From Dudresnaya verticillata (Eukaryota), in assembly GCA_977862235.1 (NCBI GenBank), contig OZ374562.1, positions 310,001-374,000 of the forward strand: a stretch of 64,000 nucleotides of DNA, given 5' to 3'. Position numbers and translations under genes: made by a program. Shown here piece by piece: positions 11,777-20,471 of the stretch. How positions within the stretch are numbered: the stretch's first letter is position 1; each line of letters starts with the position of its first letter. The notes beneath the pieces are model-generated. The model ran no database searches. It was given only the letters and a program-made list of their open reading frames with translations, and had not been told where the DNA came from.

Positions 11777-12823
11777 ATGAAAGAAAATTGGTTAGGGATC
11801 CTCTCTGCTGCTGTACTTTGGATGATATTGCTTCAGGAAATGGAAGCATGCTCAAGCTATCTCACTCTGCACGAGATTATGGCTGTGGATGGCGGAGTAG
11901 TGGTGATTGACGACGAAGGAGGATTGCGAGAGATAAAGGCCACAACTTTTAGTGTTGGGGCTTGTACCACATCCTCTACTTTCTCTACCGGGTCTCAATT
12001 TGAGGGAAATTATAGCCTGCTTGGAATCAGCACACCTCTTGGTAGCGGTAACTGTGTTACGAAAGACGCTGCGAACAATATTATGATGGAGAGCATGCAA
12101 GCTGTTGTGATCAAGACTAACGGCTGGCTCCTAGAGCCTCAGTCAATAGATATGGATGATATTGATTCTCAGATGGATGTCCCAGCAAATGAGGCGTGGA
12201 TGGAGGCCGCTGCTGCTTTCGGGGTGGCGAACGGAGAAGTAATCTTGCCAGAAACCCAATTTGCGAAGGACACACTGTTGGCATCGCGAGAGTTCCTAAT
12301 TCCGAAAGATGCAATGAACACAATGGGTTTGTCTCTAGAAGAGAGTCTGATCCCTGGTGCGGAGTTTTCCGGGGCAGAGTTGTACAACTGTCCGTTTGCT
12401 AAGTCAAGCCCAGACGCTGCCAAATGTCGGATGAAGATAAGCTTTGAAAATCCAGTCGACACTCTCGTGCTACTTTATGGTCTCAAGCAACAAAGCTACT
12501 CTCAAACTGATTCTGCGATGTTTGTTTCCCAGATCGACATGAAATGTGGTTGTCGTTGCGTTGCAGGCAGTACTGGATCGCGGGAAGTTGCTCTGCCCCT
12601 TTCACATCTCGAGGGGCAGTGCTCTAAGACCCTGACTACATCACCGAGAACAGAGTGTGATATTCTGGGGAAGAAGTGGTGCACAATGGAAAGCTCCTAT
12701 GCATACAAGATCTTGGGTGAGGGCATGCAGAATGGAAATTATCCTTGCTTTGCGGAGAAAGCCTTCACATCTCGTGTGCTGTCCAACTTTGCTCCATCCG
12801 AAAGCTTTGTTTCGGCAAGTTAA
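11777..12823 (+). CDS. Secreted Cys-rich protein, function unknown
   Basis: ATG at 11777 (MKENWLGILSAAVLWMILLQEMEA signal peptide), 348 aa; CGCRC and several further Cys in the C-terminal region. Confidence 0.8.
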   Translation: MKENWLGILSAAVLWMILLQEMEACSSYLTLHEIMAVDGGVVVIDDEGGLREIKATTFSVGACTTSSTFSTGSQFEGNYSLLGISTPLGSGNCVTKDAANNIMMESMQAVVIKTNGWLLEPQSIDMDDIDSQMDVPANEAWMEAAAAFGVANGEVILPETQFAKDTLLASREFLIPKDAMNTMGLSLEESLIPGAEFSGAELYNCPFAKSSPDAAKCRMKISFENPVDTLVLLYGLKQQSYSQTDSAMFVSQIDMKCGCRCVAGSTGSREVALPLSHLEGQCSKTLTTSPRTECDILGKKWCTMESSYAYKILGEGMQNGNYPCFAEKAFTSRVLSNFAPSESFVSAS

Positions 12824-13592
12824 CGTCATCAGAACAAGGTGAAGAGTACGTCACCCTTCACGTGCTCTACGCTTGTAACAGCATTTACATCCATACACAC
12901 AGTTGTAGCATAAACATTTGCAACCAACACACAGGTGAAGGGTAAGACCGTCCAGTGAGTATTAAGTAAGATGACTTCAATTGTTGTCGTCATGTGTCCT
13001 TACCAAGGCCTTACGAAGCCTGAAACTAAAAATGCGCATACCAGCGCAGACATTATCAACTACTGTACTGGGGCATAAAGGACATTCAAGTCTCAACTGC
13101 TGCAGCTTGCTTTGCTTGTGGGCACAAATATATATGTATAGACACGCATATTGTACTATGCGCTAACGACTTCAACGCTCCAAGATATCCTTTGTAGGCG
13201 AACCAGGATTGTCACTGATACTGGGGGACGTTGGATTGCGAAGCGCGAACGATGCTGCAGGACGTCTGTTAAAGCGTGCACTTTTGAGAAGCTTGCAGCG
13301 TGCAAAAGGGTTTACGGTAGGTCGTTGAGTTGAGCCTGTCTTCGGGGAGTTTTTCGACTTGTTTTTCGAGCCCAGATATTTTCACGCTTCGACGTATGAT
13401 TCTCGGAAACGGTGCCAAATGGGCCATCCATTTAGATTCCTTGCTCAGGTCCATCGATTTATTTGCCGGCAGCGTCTGAGCAAGAGGACTGCGACAGAAG
13501 TGCTCCATGAAATAGTTCCCTGTGATGCCAAGGGCGTTTTGTTCGTCTCCGCAATTAAGAGTCTAACGTCAAAGCTTGCACACCGAGGTACT

Positions 13593-14429
13593 ATGCCTGA
13601 GACGTTACTTGCGACGTTTCCTCTCTGTTGGACCGTGCTTGTGCCAACCAAAGTCCATTGTGGATTGTCAGGGTCTGGCTTCTTCCCCGGGAGGACAGTT
13701 TCTGCGAAGTCGTCTCGCCGTGTGGGAACAAAGCGACCGCGCTGCAGGATACTTGCCAGTGACGATGCTCTACCGCAGGAGAGTGGATTAGAGCCAGATC
13801 TACAGAAAGCGCAATCGCAAAGTGAACTGTTTTTCAAGCGGCTTCGGGACGTGACTGAGGCAGAGTCGGCACTGACCAACCCATTGGGACTGAAAAAGTC
13901 ATACGAAGTGTTGCGATTCGACTCCAGTGTACAGGAGGAGGGTCCCCGTGACCGGTATGTGTACGTCGAGGAGAGGGACTGTATTGGATGCACGCATTGC
14001 TCAACGACGGCCACGGGTACATTCTTTATGGAATCCGAGTATGGGCGGGCAAGGGTGTTTGACCAGATGGGTGACGCAGATTCTGTTGTGGAAGAAGCTA
14101 TCGATACCTGCCCGGTCAACTGCATCTATTACGTAGACTGGCAAGACCTCGTTGCATTGGAAGACATGCGCGATGGCCAGCAGATTAATAACAAGGCGCG
14201 CCTCGTCGGAGGGCAAGATTTCGGTGCCGACACCAAAGGGAAGGTTAAGACGACTGTTATGGATTCTGGCATTATGCGCTGTCAAAACTGCCCGAAACGA
14301 GGGTGCGCGGAATGTCCATTATACGGAGTAGGAAACAATCCAGAGTACAAGCGGAAGAAGGCAATGCGAGAAGCTAAAGCGCAGAAGCGAAAGCCGAGCA
14401 GCGACCCAAAGCCGCGTCGCAGGATATGA
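13593..14429 (+). CDS. Plastid-targeted 4Fe-4S ferredoxin-domain protein of the DnaJ-Fer (CDJ3-5/DJC76-type) domain class, with no J domain
   Basis: YVEERDCIGCTHC...TFFMESEYGRARVFDQ.GD...VEEAIDTCPVNCIYYV..L..LE matches the Fer4_13-type domain of DnaJ-Fer proteins; Ser/Arg-rich N-terminal presequence. Start codon uncertain. Confidence 0.8.
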   Translation: MPETLLATFPLCWTVLVPTKVHCGLSGSGFFPGRTVSAKSSRRVGTKRPRCRILASDDALPQESGLEPDLQKAQSQSELFFKRLRDVTEAESALTNPLGLKKSYEVLRFDSSVQEEGPRDRYVYVEERDCIGCTHCSTTATGTFFMESEYGRARVFDQMGDADSVVEEAIDTCPVNCIYYVDWQDLVALEDMRDGQQINNKARLVGGQDFGADTKGKVKTTVMDSGIMRCQNCPKRGCAECPLYGVGNNPEYKRKKAMREAKAQKRKPSSDPKPRRRI

Positions 14430-14727
14430 GCATGGAAGAAAATAAGCCGCCACCAGACAAAGCCTGCACCCAATCAATCCCTCGGCTCAAAATTGTGTTT
14501 TTCGGCCGGAGGCCTGTGAGACCCCCATGAGATGTAACGAGGACATTCGTGCTGGTCGATTGCAAGTCCAGGTACCTCTAGGCGTGTTCGAACGTGAAGC
14601 CGGCCCCGTGAGCTAGCAAAGATAGTAACGAACAAGCCCAGCACTAGTCCTCGTTGGAAGTGAACATCAGACGGAGAACGTTGTTGTTTGTACCTGGGCT
14701 TTTTCAAAACGTAGGCAGAGTACTACC

Positions 14728-15588
14728 ATGCCGGCGTTCGTTACGACTTACGCCATCGGGAGCGACGTTGGCAGTCTTATTGTGCCTCGAATTCGTTCCA
14801 CGCCGTTACTCCGACGTTGCACCTGTCGCCGTCGGCTGCAGTTCAAGATGCAAAGTTCTCCAAGCCGCGACGAGCTTGATGCAACACTTCGTAAAGGGTC
14901 GCAGGGCGAACAGATGCTTGCTTTGATTGCGCTTCCTAGTTTGCCATCCCCGGAATCAGTAGCTCTTATGCACAGCACGGGTATCTTGCGCTCAGAGAAC
15001 CGACAAGTCCGTTTGACAGCTGTCGCCACACTGGGGAAGTTGGGAATGCTTAGTGAAGGTCGAACTTTGTTGGCGGTTCTTCGAAACGACATGGACGAAG
15101 ACTACTCGGTGCGAGCGGCTGCAGCAAATGCTTTAGGGATTCTGCTGGAACCCTCCGAAGCTCCGGGAGGTGAAGCGTTAGTGCGGGAAGCGGTAAATAC
15201 TTTAGTTCATGCAGTTACCACGGATGAAAATTTCATTGTGAGGTACGCGTCCATTGTTTCACTTGGGAACATCGGTCAGTCAAGCGCGCTGTCTACACTG
15301 CTGCCTTTGGCCAAAGACGAAAATGCTCTTCCCTTGGAGGCATCTGCATCAATTGAAGCAATAGGTGAAATAGTCTCAAGAGAAGATGTTACTCCGGATT
15401 TGATACGAGTGATCACTCACCGAGCGGGGGATCAGGAACAATTTGTGCGTGCAGCAGTTGCCAGAACACTGGGGCGATGGAAGGGGGTGGGAGATGCTGT
15501 TCGCGTACTGGAGAAGATGAAGGCAGAAGAACATCGTGTGGGCAAGAGCCCGATGGTATTGGCAGTTTTGGCGGATGTCTTGGGTTAG
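14728..15588 (+). CDS. Plastid-targeted PBS-lyase HEAT-repeat protein (NblB/CpcE-F-like)
   Basis: MPAFV transit peptide; EZ-HEAT repeats VRLTAVATLGKLG, VRAAAANALG, VRYASIVSLGNIG, VRAAVARTLG. Confidence 0.75.
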   Translation: MPAFVTTYAIGSDVGSLIVPRIRSTPLLRRCTCRRRLQFKMQSSPSRDELDATLRKGSQGEQMLALIALPSLPSPESVALMHSTGILRSENRQVRLTAVATLGKLGMLSEGRTLLAVLRNDMDEDYSVRAAAANALGILLEPSEAPGGEALVREAVNTLVHAVTTDENFIVRYASIVSLGNIGQSSALSTLLPLAKDENALPLEASASIEAIGEIVSREDVTPDLIRVITHRAGDQEQFVRAAVARTLGRWKGVGDAVRVLEKMKAEEHRVGKSPMVLAVLADVLG

Positions 15589-16188
15589 ATTCTGAAGCGC
15601 GGTTTTCATGCCCCCTGTACGGCTCTTCCCGCGAATGGTGGGCGAGACAGCAATATCAGCGTGTGCGCAGGAGGGTACTGGTCGAAACCTCGACAGCATA
15701 AGACGATCGTGCTGCTACAGCTACAGTAGTATTCAGCCCACAATATAAATGCGGCGTCGGTATACTTTTCGCAGGTAGTTTATTGTCCCAGACAATTTCG
15801 CACGGCAACAGCACTCAATCGATGCAGCACTCAATGGATACAAGCATTTTGAAAAGCTTTTGAATTCAGATTCGGCTAAGCCTGCCCCACTCGGTCGATA
15901 TCAAGTCATCTGCATTGCCAGGGCCAGTCCTGGTCTTCTCTCGTCAGGTCTCGCCGACTTCTGAACTCGACATCGCAGTGGTCTAACATCATCACAAGGG
16001 AAGATATACAGCGCACGCACAGGCCATAGAGCACTCAAGCTGGAAAAAGACGAAACACACCACATTTTTCTACGGAACAACAATGCCACCATATCGTATC
16101 ATGACCATGTGGAGCTCATGTATTCGCGCCACGGAAATGCTTCGTCGAATGCTCTTGTTCGATGCACCAATCCGTACTACTCATTGAC

Positions 16189-17628
16189 TTACTTCTTCTT
16201 GGCGAATGATGTGAGTCTTGCAATTAACTCAGACTTTCGCCCAGATGTCTTTAGCTTGTTTTGAGACAGCAACCGGCGAAGTTTTGTTACAGTCAAATTC
16301 TTGATCTTTCCAGACTCGACAAGCTCCAACATCTCCTGTCGTCCCATGACTTCTGCAGCCGCCGCCTGTTCGGTACCCTCCTCCGGAGGAGCAGGTACTC
16401 CCTCCACAATGGCATCCAAGATCTTTTCGCCCAGAGTCTTTTTCCGGTCCTCCGCCGCGGTCTCCTCTTCAGAAATTCCGCGATCTGCTACAGCTGACTC
16501 CATCTTTGCGTTTTCAGCACTCTCTTCTACGGTATTCGCAGCAGAACTGCGAGTCAACTCCTCAACAACACCATCGATGATACTCTTGGCTGCTTCATCC
16601 TGCTTCTTCTCTAGAGCTTCCTCATTAGTTCCGTCAAATTCGTCTGCAATGTTCTCGAACATCTCCGCGGCGCCCTTTACAACATCTGCTGCTGCATCGA
16701 CGACGTTCTGAAAGACGTTAGACGTCGAAAAAAACTTGGACTGGTCGCCATCAACCTCATCTTCCTCAGGAGATACAGATGAAGGAGATGTGTACAAGTC
16801 TGCGACCGTAGACGCGTCCGGTTCCACGGGGGCATCCTTCGCAGGAGGCGCAGTTGAAGGCGATGTGTACAAGTCTGCAACTGTAGACGCGTCCGGCTCC
16901 ACGGGCACATCTTTCGCAGGAGCCGCAGGTGAAGGCGATGTGTACAAGTCTGCAATTGTAGATGTGTCCGGCTCCATGGGAGCAGCCGCCTCTGGCTCAG
17001 ACCCCGTAACTGAGACTTCCTCGACTGGGCTTTCAACCTGTCGCATTGGTGCCTCAGGTACCTCGACAGCGGTGTAGTCCAGCGCTTGAGCAGCCAAGGT
17101 CGCTGCACGAGATTTCGTGTCAGAAATAGCAGGTGGCGGTGTGGCAGGGATGACAGGCGGGACTGGGTCGGAACTTTCTGCAATGGCGTAGATAGCAGCG
17201 TACGGGTTTCTGTCCGGGGCAACGTAAGGCTCAGGGGCCGGTGTTTCCATATTGGCGATAGTCTCCGGCGAGGGTGCGCTCAATGCAGCCAGCTGGGCGT
17301 CCCATTCCTCGCGTTTGCGTGCGGCGTCAGCGGCAACAGCGGCCTGCCGCTCTGCGAGGCGCTCCTTGAGAGCCGCGAGGGCTGCGGCGCGAGCTGCAAC
17401 CAGGTCTACGGGTGTGCTATTGCTCACATCGTGTGTCTCTCCCGCGGCCGGGGAAGCGACGGAAGCGGGATTTGGCGTGGGAGCTGAGGGCGCTGTTTGC
17501 CTCAGGAATTCGAATACGCGCCGTCGACGGCTCACCGAGATTTGCCCATCTGCTGCCGCGCATGGCGTCTGGCGCGTTCGGTGCCCCGTTGGGGCGGCTG
17601 TTGGCAGCGCTGGGGCTATGAATGCCAT
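16189..17628 (-). CDS. Plastid-targeted acidic low-complexity protein with C-terminal SAP domain
   Basis: ATG at 17628 (MAFIAPAL transit peptide), 479 aa; C-terminal IKNLTVTKLRRLLSQNKLKTSGRKSELIARL is a SAP consensus. Confidence 0.85.
   Translation of the reverse strand: MAFIAPALPTAAPTGHRTRQTPCAAADGQISVSRRRRVFEFLRQTAPSAPTPNPASVASPAAGETHDVSNSTPVDLVAARAAALAALKERLAERQAAVAADAARKREEWDAQLAALSAPSPETIANMETPAPEPYVAPDRNPYAAIYAIAESSDPVPPVIPATPPPAISDTKSRAATLAAQALDYTAVEVPEAPMRQVESPVEEVSVTGSEPEAAAPMEPDTSTIADLYTSPSPAAPAKDVPVEPDASTVADLYTSPSTAPPAKDAPVEPDASTVADLYTSPSSVSPEEDEVDGDQSKFFSTSNVFQNVVDAAADVVKGAAEMFENIADEFDGTNEEALEKKQDEAAKSIIDGVVEELTRSSAANTVEESAENAKMESAVADRGISEEETAAEDRKKTLGEKILDAIVEGVPAPPEEGTEQAAAAEVMGRQEMLELVESGKIKNLTVTKLRRLLSQNKLKTSGRKSELIARLTSFAKKK
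16776..16977 (-). repeat. 75-bp coding tandem repeat, about 2.7 copies (EPDxSTxADLYTSPS..PAKDxPV)
   Basis: gatgtgtacaagtctgc recurs at a 75-nt period inside the SAP-protein CDS. Confidence 0.9.
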
Positions 17629-18141
17629 TGTTGTCGCAGGTTCGGGCTGGTGCGGCGAAGGCATCGCAGGGTTCGGGGTCGAAGGATGGAGCGGGACGCT
17701 GCTTTGCTCGGGCAAAACACCAAGGGCCGTTGTCTGTATGGTGCGAAACCCTACGAATTGGCCCCTGGTGGGGTTTCCCTAGAGCGATTTCACCCGGAGA
17801 TCGCCTCAGATCTTGACTTTGGCCCATTGCACTGCACACGCTCTTTATACCGGATCTTTGAGCTAATTTACACATTAGATTTACACTTCGACGTCCGGCC
17901 GTTGCCCTTTCCATTCGTTCTTGTTTTGCTTCAATATTGCACCCGCACGTCTTATTGCGGTCGGCGCCGCCCCGATGGCCTTGATCCGCAGTTTTTCAAC
18001 CGGTATCGCCCATGACGTCGCAGCGCGCTCCACTTTAGCGGCATTGAATCCGTGAAGTACTGCGTCGTGTGGCGCCCCAAGTCTCAGCAAGGACTGCGCG
18101 ACTTGTGCGGTAAGTTACTCAATCGCGCTTCTTGTCTTCTA

Positions 18142-18229
18142 CACTGGGACGAACAAAACTTTCGACACTTGGACTGAATTGCTCCTTCAATGAGAGGCGT
18201 TCTGAAGACCAATTTATTACTTCTGAGTG
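18142..18229 (+). ncRNA. Candidate box C/D snoRNA in intron 1
   Basis: CAC..GTG terminal stem; degenerate C box GGGACGA (18146-52, both GA dinucleotides kept); internal CTGA at 18174 and 18202; D box CTGA at 18223-26. Confidence 0.45.
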
Positions 18230-18371
18230 ATGAGAATGCTACTGCACAATTCTAGTCTGCTTTTTCACGGCAGGGAGAGCTAACATATTCGTCGGCATGT
18301 GCGGTTTCAGGCAAGAACAGGAAGTCTAATTTTGAGGTATGTTCTATCGCATGAGGGTTCCTATTGTTCTT

Positions 18372-18455
18372 TCCGGAGATGACTCATTCTAGCCATCGAA
18401 ATGCTTACTGCAATGTAGATTGCCGAAAGGCGCTAACGGATCAACCGTCTGAGGA
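18372..18455 (+). ncRNA. Candidate box C/D snoRNA in intron 2
   Basis: TCC..GGA terminal stem; C box GAGATGA (18376-82); D box CTGA (18449-52); upstream guide GGATCAACCG complementary to the conserved 18S 5'-end sequence UGGUUGAUCC. Confidence 0.6.
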
Positions 18456-18684
18456 TTGTGCCCCTAATGCTTGTCATGTTTGGAATGTTTCTTCCTCGCT
18501 AACACTCTTTGCAGCCATCTGGTATATCTTGCGTTTGACTGCGAATCAACTATTCCACCTCGCTACTCGATTACGTGCGCTGAATATTCCCTCGTTCACT
18601 GCGCTCCCTCTTGCGATCGTCTTGAAATTGGCTTCGTATGCCTGGTCTCTGTCAGGTGAGTTCAACCATCGCCCGCAATTTGTC

Positions 18685-18788
18685 GCCCGTCTGATGATTC
18701 CAAATACAACATATGCTTAACTCTTCACTTTGATCGTAGGGAACAAACGTTCCAATGCAGATTGTTTAACCGCTTAATTTCTGAGGGC
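18685..18788 (+). ncRNA. Candidate box C/D snoRNA in intron 3
   Basis: GCCC..GGGC terminal stem; C box TGATGA (18692-97); D box CTGA (18781-84); ATATGCTTAA and CCGCTTA are complementary to the conserved LSU 5' region UUAAGCAUAU...UAAGCGG. Confidence 0.65.
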
Positions 18789-18996
18789 AACCCTCTCTCT
18801 ATCGCCGTTGATTTCATTGTAACAAACTGCTAACCATCTTTCCTTGTTACTCAGCTTCTTTCTACTTTGTTCACTCAGTTTATCCCTGGTACCTGTTGTA
18901 AGCATATGTATTTGAGTATCCACGCAAGATTTGGACGGTGCAGACGTTTAGCCTTTATCGAGGATCACATCAGAAGTACAGTAAAGTAGCAAAGAT

Positions 18997-19359
18997 TTAC
19001 TTGATACGAATCTGTGCTTTTCTCAGCGAGAGAAACTCTTCTACTTTGTGCTCAGGGAGCTTTCGAGCATACCGGAAAGCCTCTTTGCCAACATATCGCA
19101 GCTTTGTCACCGGATCGGTATACTTTGCCGGCAGCCCTGTGAAATCACAGTACTTCTTAGTCGGCAACATGCTAGGACCAGCATCGATGTTGACAAATGT
19201 CGGGATTGATGGCGGTAGCATATCGTAATGTTCCGCTGTGATGAGCGATCTGGAGCTCTTCCACGTCTTGCTCCTCGCTGCCATGACTTCATAGATACCA
19301 CGCCTCCTCTTGGTTTTGAGTATAGGCTTGTTCAAGCCAACGTCGCTGCTTGCACCCAT
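18997..19359 (-). CDS. IES6: INO80 complex subunit C / Ies6 (YL1_C domain)
   Basis: TFVNIDAGPSMLPTKKYCDFTGLPAKYTDPVTKLRY..V.EFLSLRKA is the YL1_C/Ies6 signature. Confidence 0.9.
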   Translation of the reverse strand: MGASSDVGLNKPILKTKRRRGIYEVMAARSKTWKSSRSLITAEHYDMLPPSIPTFVNIDAGPSMLPTKKYCDFTGLPAKYTDPVTKLRYVGKEAFRYARKLPEHKVEEFLSLRKAQIRIK

Positions 19360-19371
19360 TCTCCAAACTTC

Positions 19372-19890
19372 TTATGCTACACCGAGTTATGGTTCTCCTT
19401 CGGCGGTGGCTCGTTTCTCAGATGCGTGATATCGTATTCGGTATCTGACTTGAGCTGCTCGGGTACAACTGGGCTTAGAGTGACGAAGCAGGCGATTATC
19501 GTCACGGCCAACTAGCAACTTCTCAAAGGTCCAATTGCCTCGCTGGCCAGTACCTTCTGGACTGGCGTTGCGCACAAACTAATAGAACCTCACCTATTCG
19601 TCGTCGTAGTCGTTGAGCTTGTCCGAAAGGAAGCGGGGACCGAATTGCTCCTTGGCAAACTGGCAAACTTCCGCACTGAAACCGGTCTCCTGATCTCCGA
19701 ATTGATCACAGGGCGAAGCCACAATTTCGAACCCCTGCGGCTGGATGGTATTGAGCAGTTAGACTATGCCTTCGCACTGTGGCATCAGTCTGCAGGTCAC
19801 GACGTACGAGCCAAGAGGCAATAACTTGCACTCTCTGCCGGCACTGTTATCGTACGCAGAGCTGACGTCTGTCTCCTTGGCACTGGACTG
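19372..19890 (-). pseudogene. Glutathione peroxidase (Cys-type) pseudogene
   Basis: One frame reads SAYD..VTCRLMPQCEGIV*LLNTIQPQGFEIVASPCDQFGDQETG..FAKEQFGPRFLSDKL..DE*VRFY*FVRNASPEGTGQRGNWTFEKLLVGRD, i.e. all three GPx motifs, with stops at 19759-61, 19594-96 and 19579-81 and a probable frameshift near the C-terminus. Confidence 0.85.
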
Positions 19891-19976
19891 CAACGGAAGC
19901 TACGATTGCGAGACTGTGCTGATGCGAGTGAAAAGTCTTGCGCGGAACGGGAAGGCGCAGCTACTGTTGGGTGGCG

Positions 19977-20017
19977 GAGACGGTCCGGCGGGGAAGAGAC
20001 GGTCCGGCGGGGAAGAG
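19977..20017. repeat. 19-bp direct duplication (gagacggtccggcggggaa x2)
   Basis: Read directly from the sequence. Confidence 0.85.
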
Positions 20018-20471
20018 CGCGTCGGGGCGGCGTGCACTATGTTCTGTCTGTTGCGCTCAACCCGAGAAAATGCCTGCCGGGCAGAGTCGACGTGGAAGCA
20101 ACCCTATCACACGGACGGGCGTGGGCGCTCTTGAAAACGAGGATTTCTGCGGTCCCATGGACATAAGCACTGGAGGCGGGAACGCAATCAGATTTCGATT
20201 CGAGAATGGGATGATGGTTACCGCCGGTGGTGACCACCAACGCCTGCCCCGCTGTGTCACCGCAATTCTATGTTTTTTCGGGGCAACTCTCAGATTCAGC
20301 CGTTTTGCTTTGTTTCCGCTTGAAGTCTCGCCGACGGAGTCCGGACAGCATCGTGATTGCTAGCGGAGTGAAGCGAATTCTTCAGAATAGATTCTCTTCG
20401 CAAGCAAAGGGACTTAAAATCTGCTCGCCGACACTCAGGGCCGTATTGTGACCTGGCACCAGATCGCTGCA

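Larger units (their letters stand above)
17900..18950 (+). ncRNA. Putative spliced non-coding snoRNA host transcript with three introns (18110-18310, 18337-18514, 18656-18854)
   Basis: Three ordered sets of donor (GTAAGT, GTATGT, GTGAGT), branch point (GCTAAC at 18279, 18498, 18829) and acceptor (TTCAG, TGCAG, CTCAG); spliced exons give no convincing ORF. Transcript ends are approximate. Confidence 0.65.

Noticed and set aside
17975..18920. Spliced protein-coding reading (MALIRSF..., through TGA at about 18053)
   Set aside because: Needs readthrough of an early stop and yields no recognisable protein; a non-coding host is more parsimonious.
19579..19761. Selenoprotein or stop-readthrough GPx
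   Set aside because: Stops are TAA/TAG at non-catalytic positions and are accompanied by a deletion and a frameshift.
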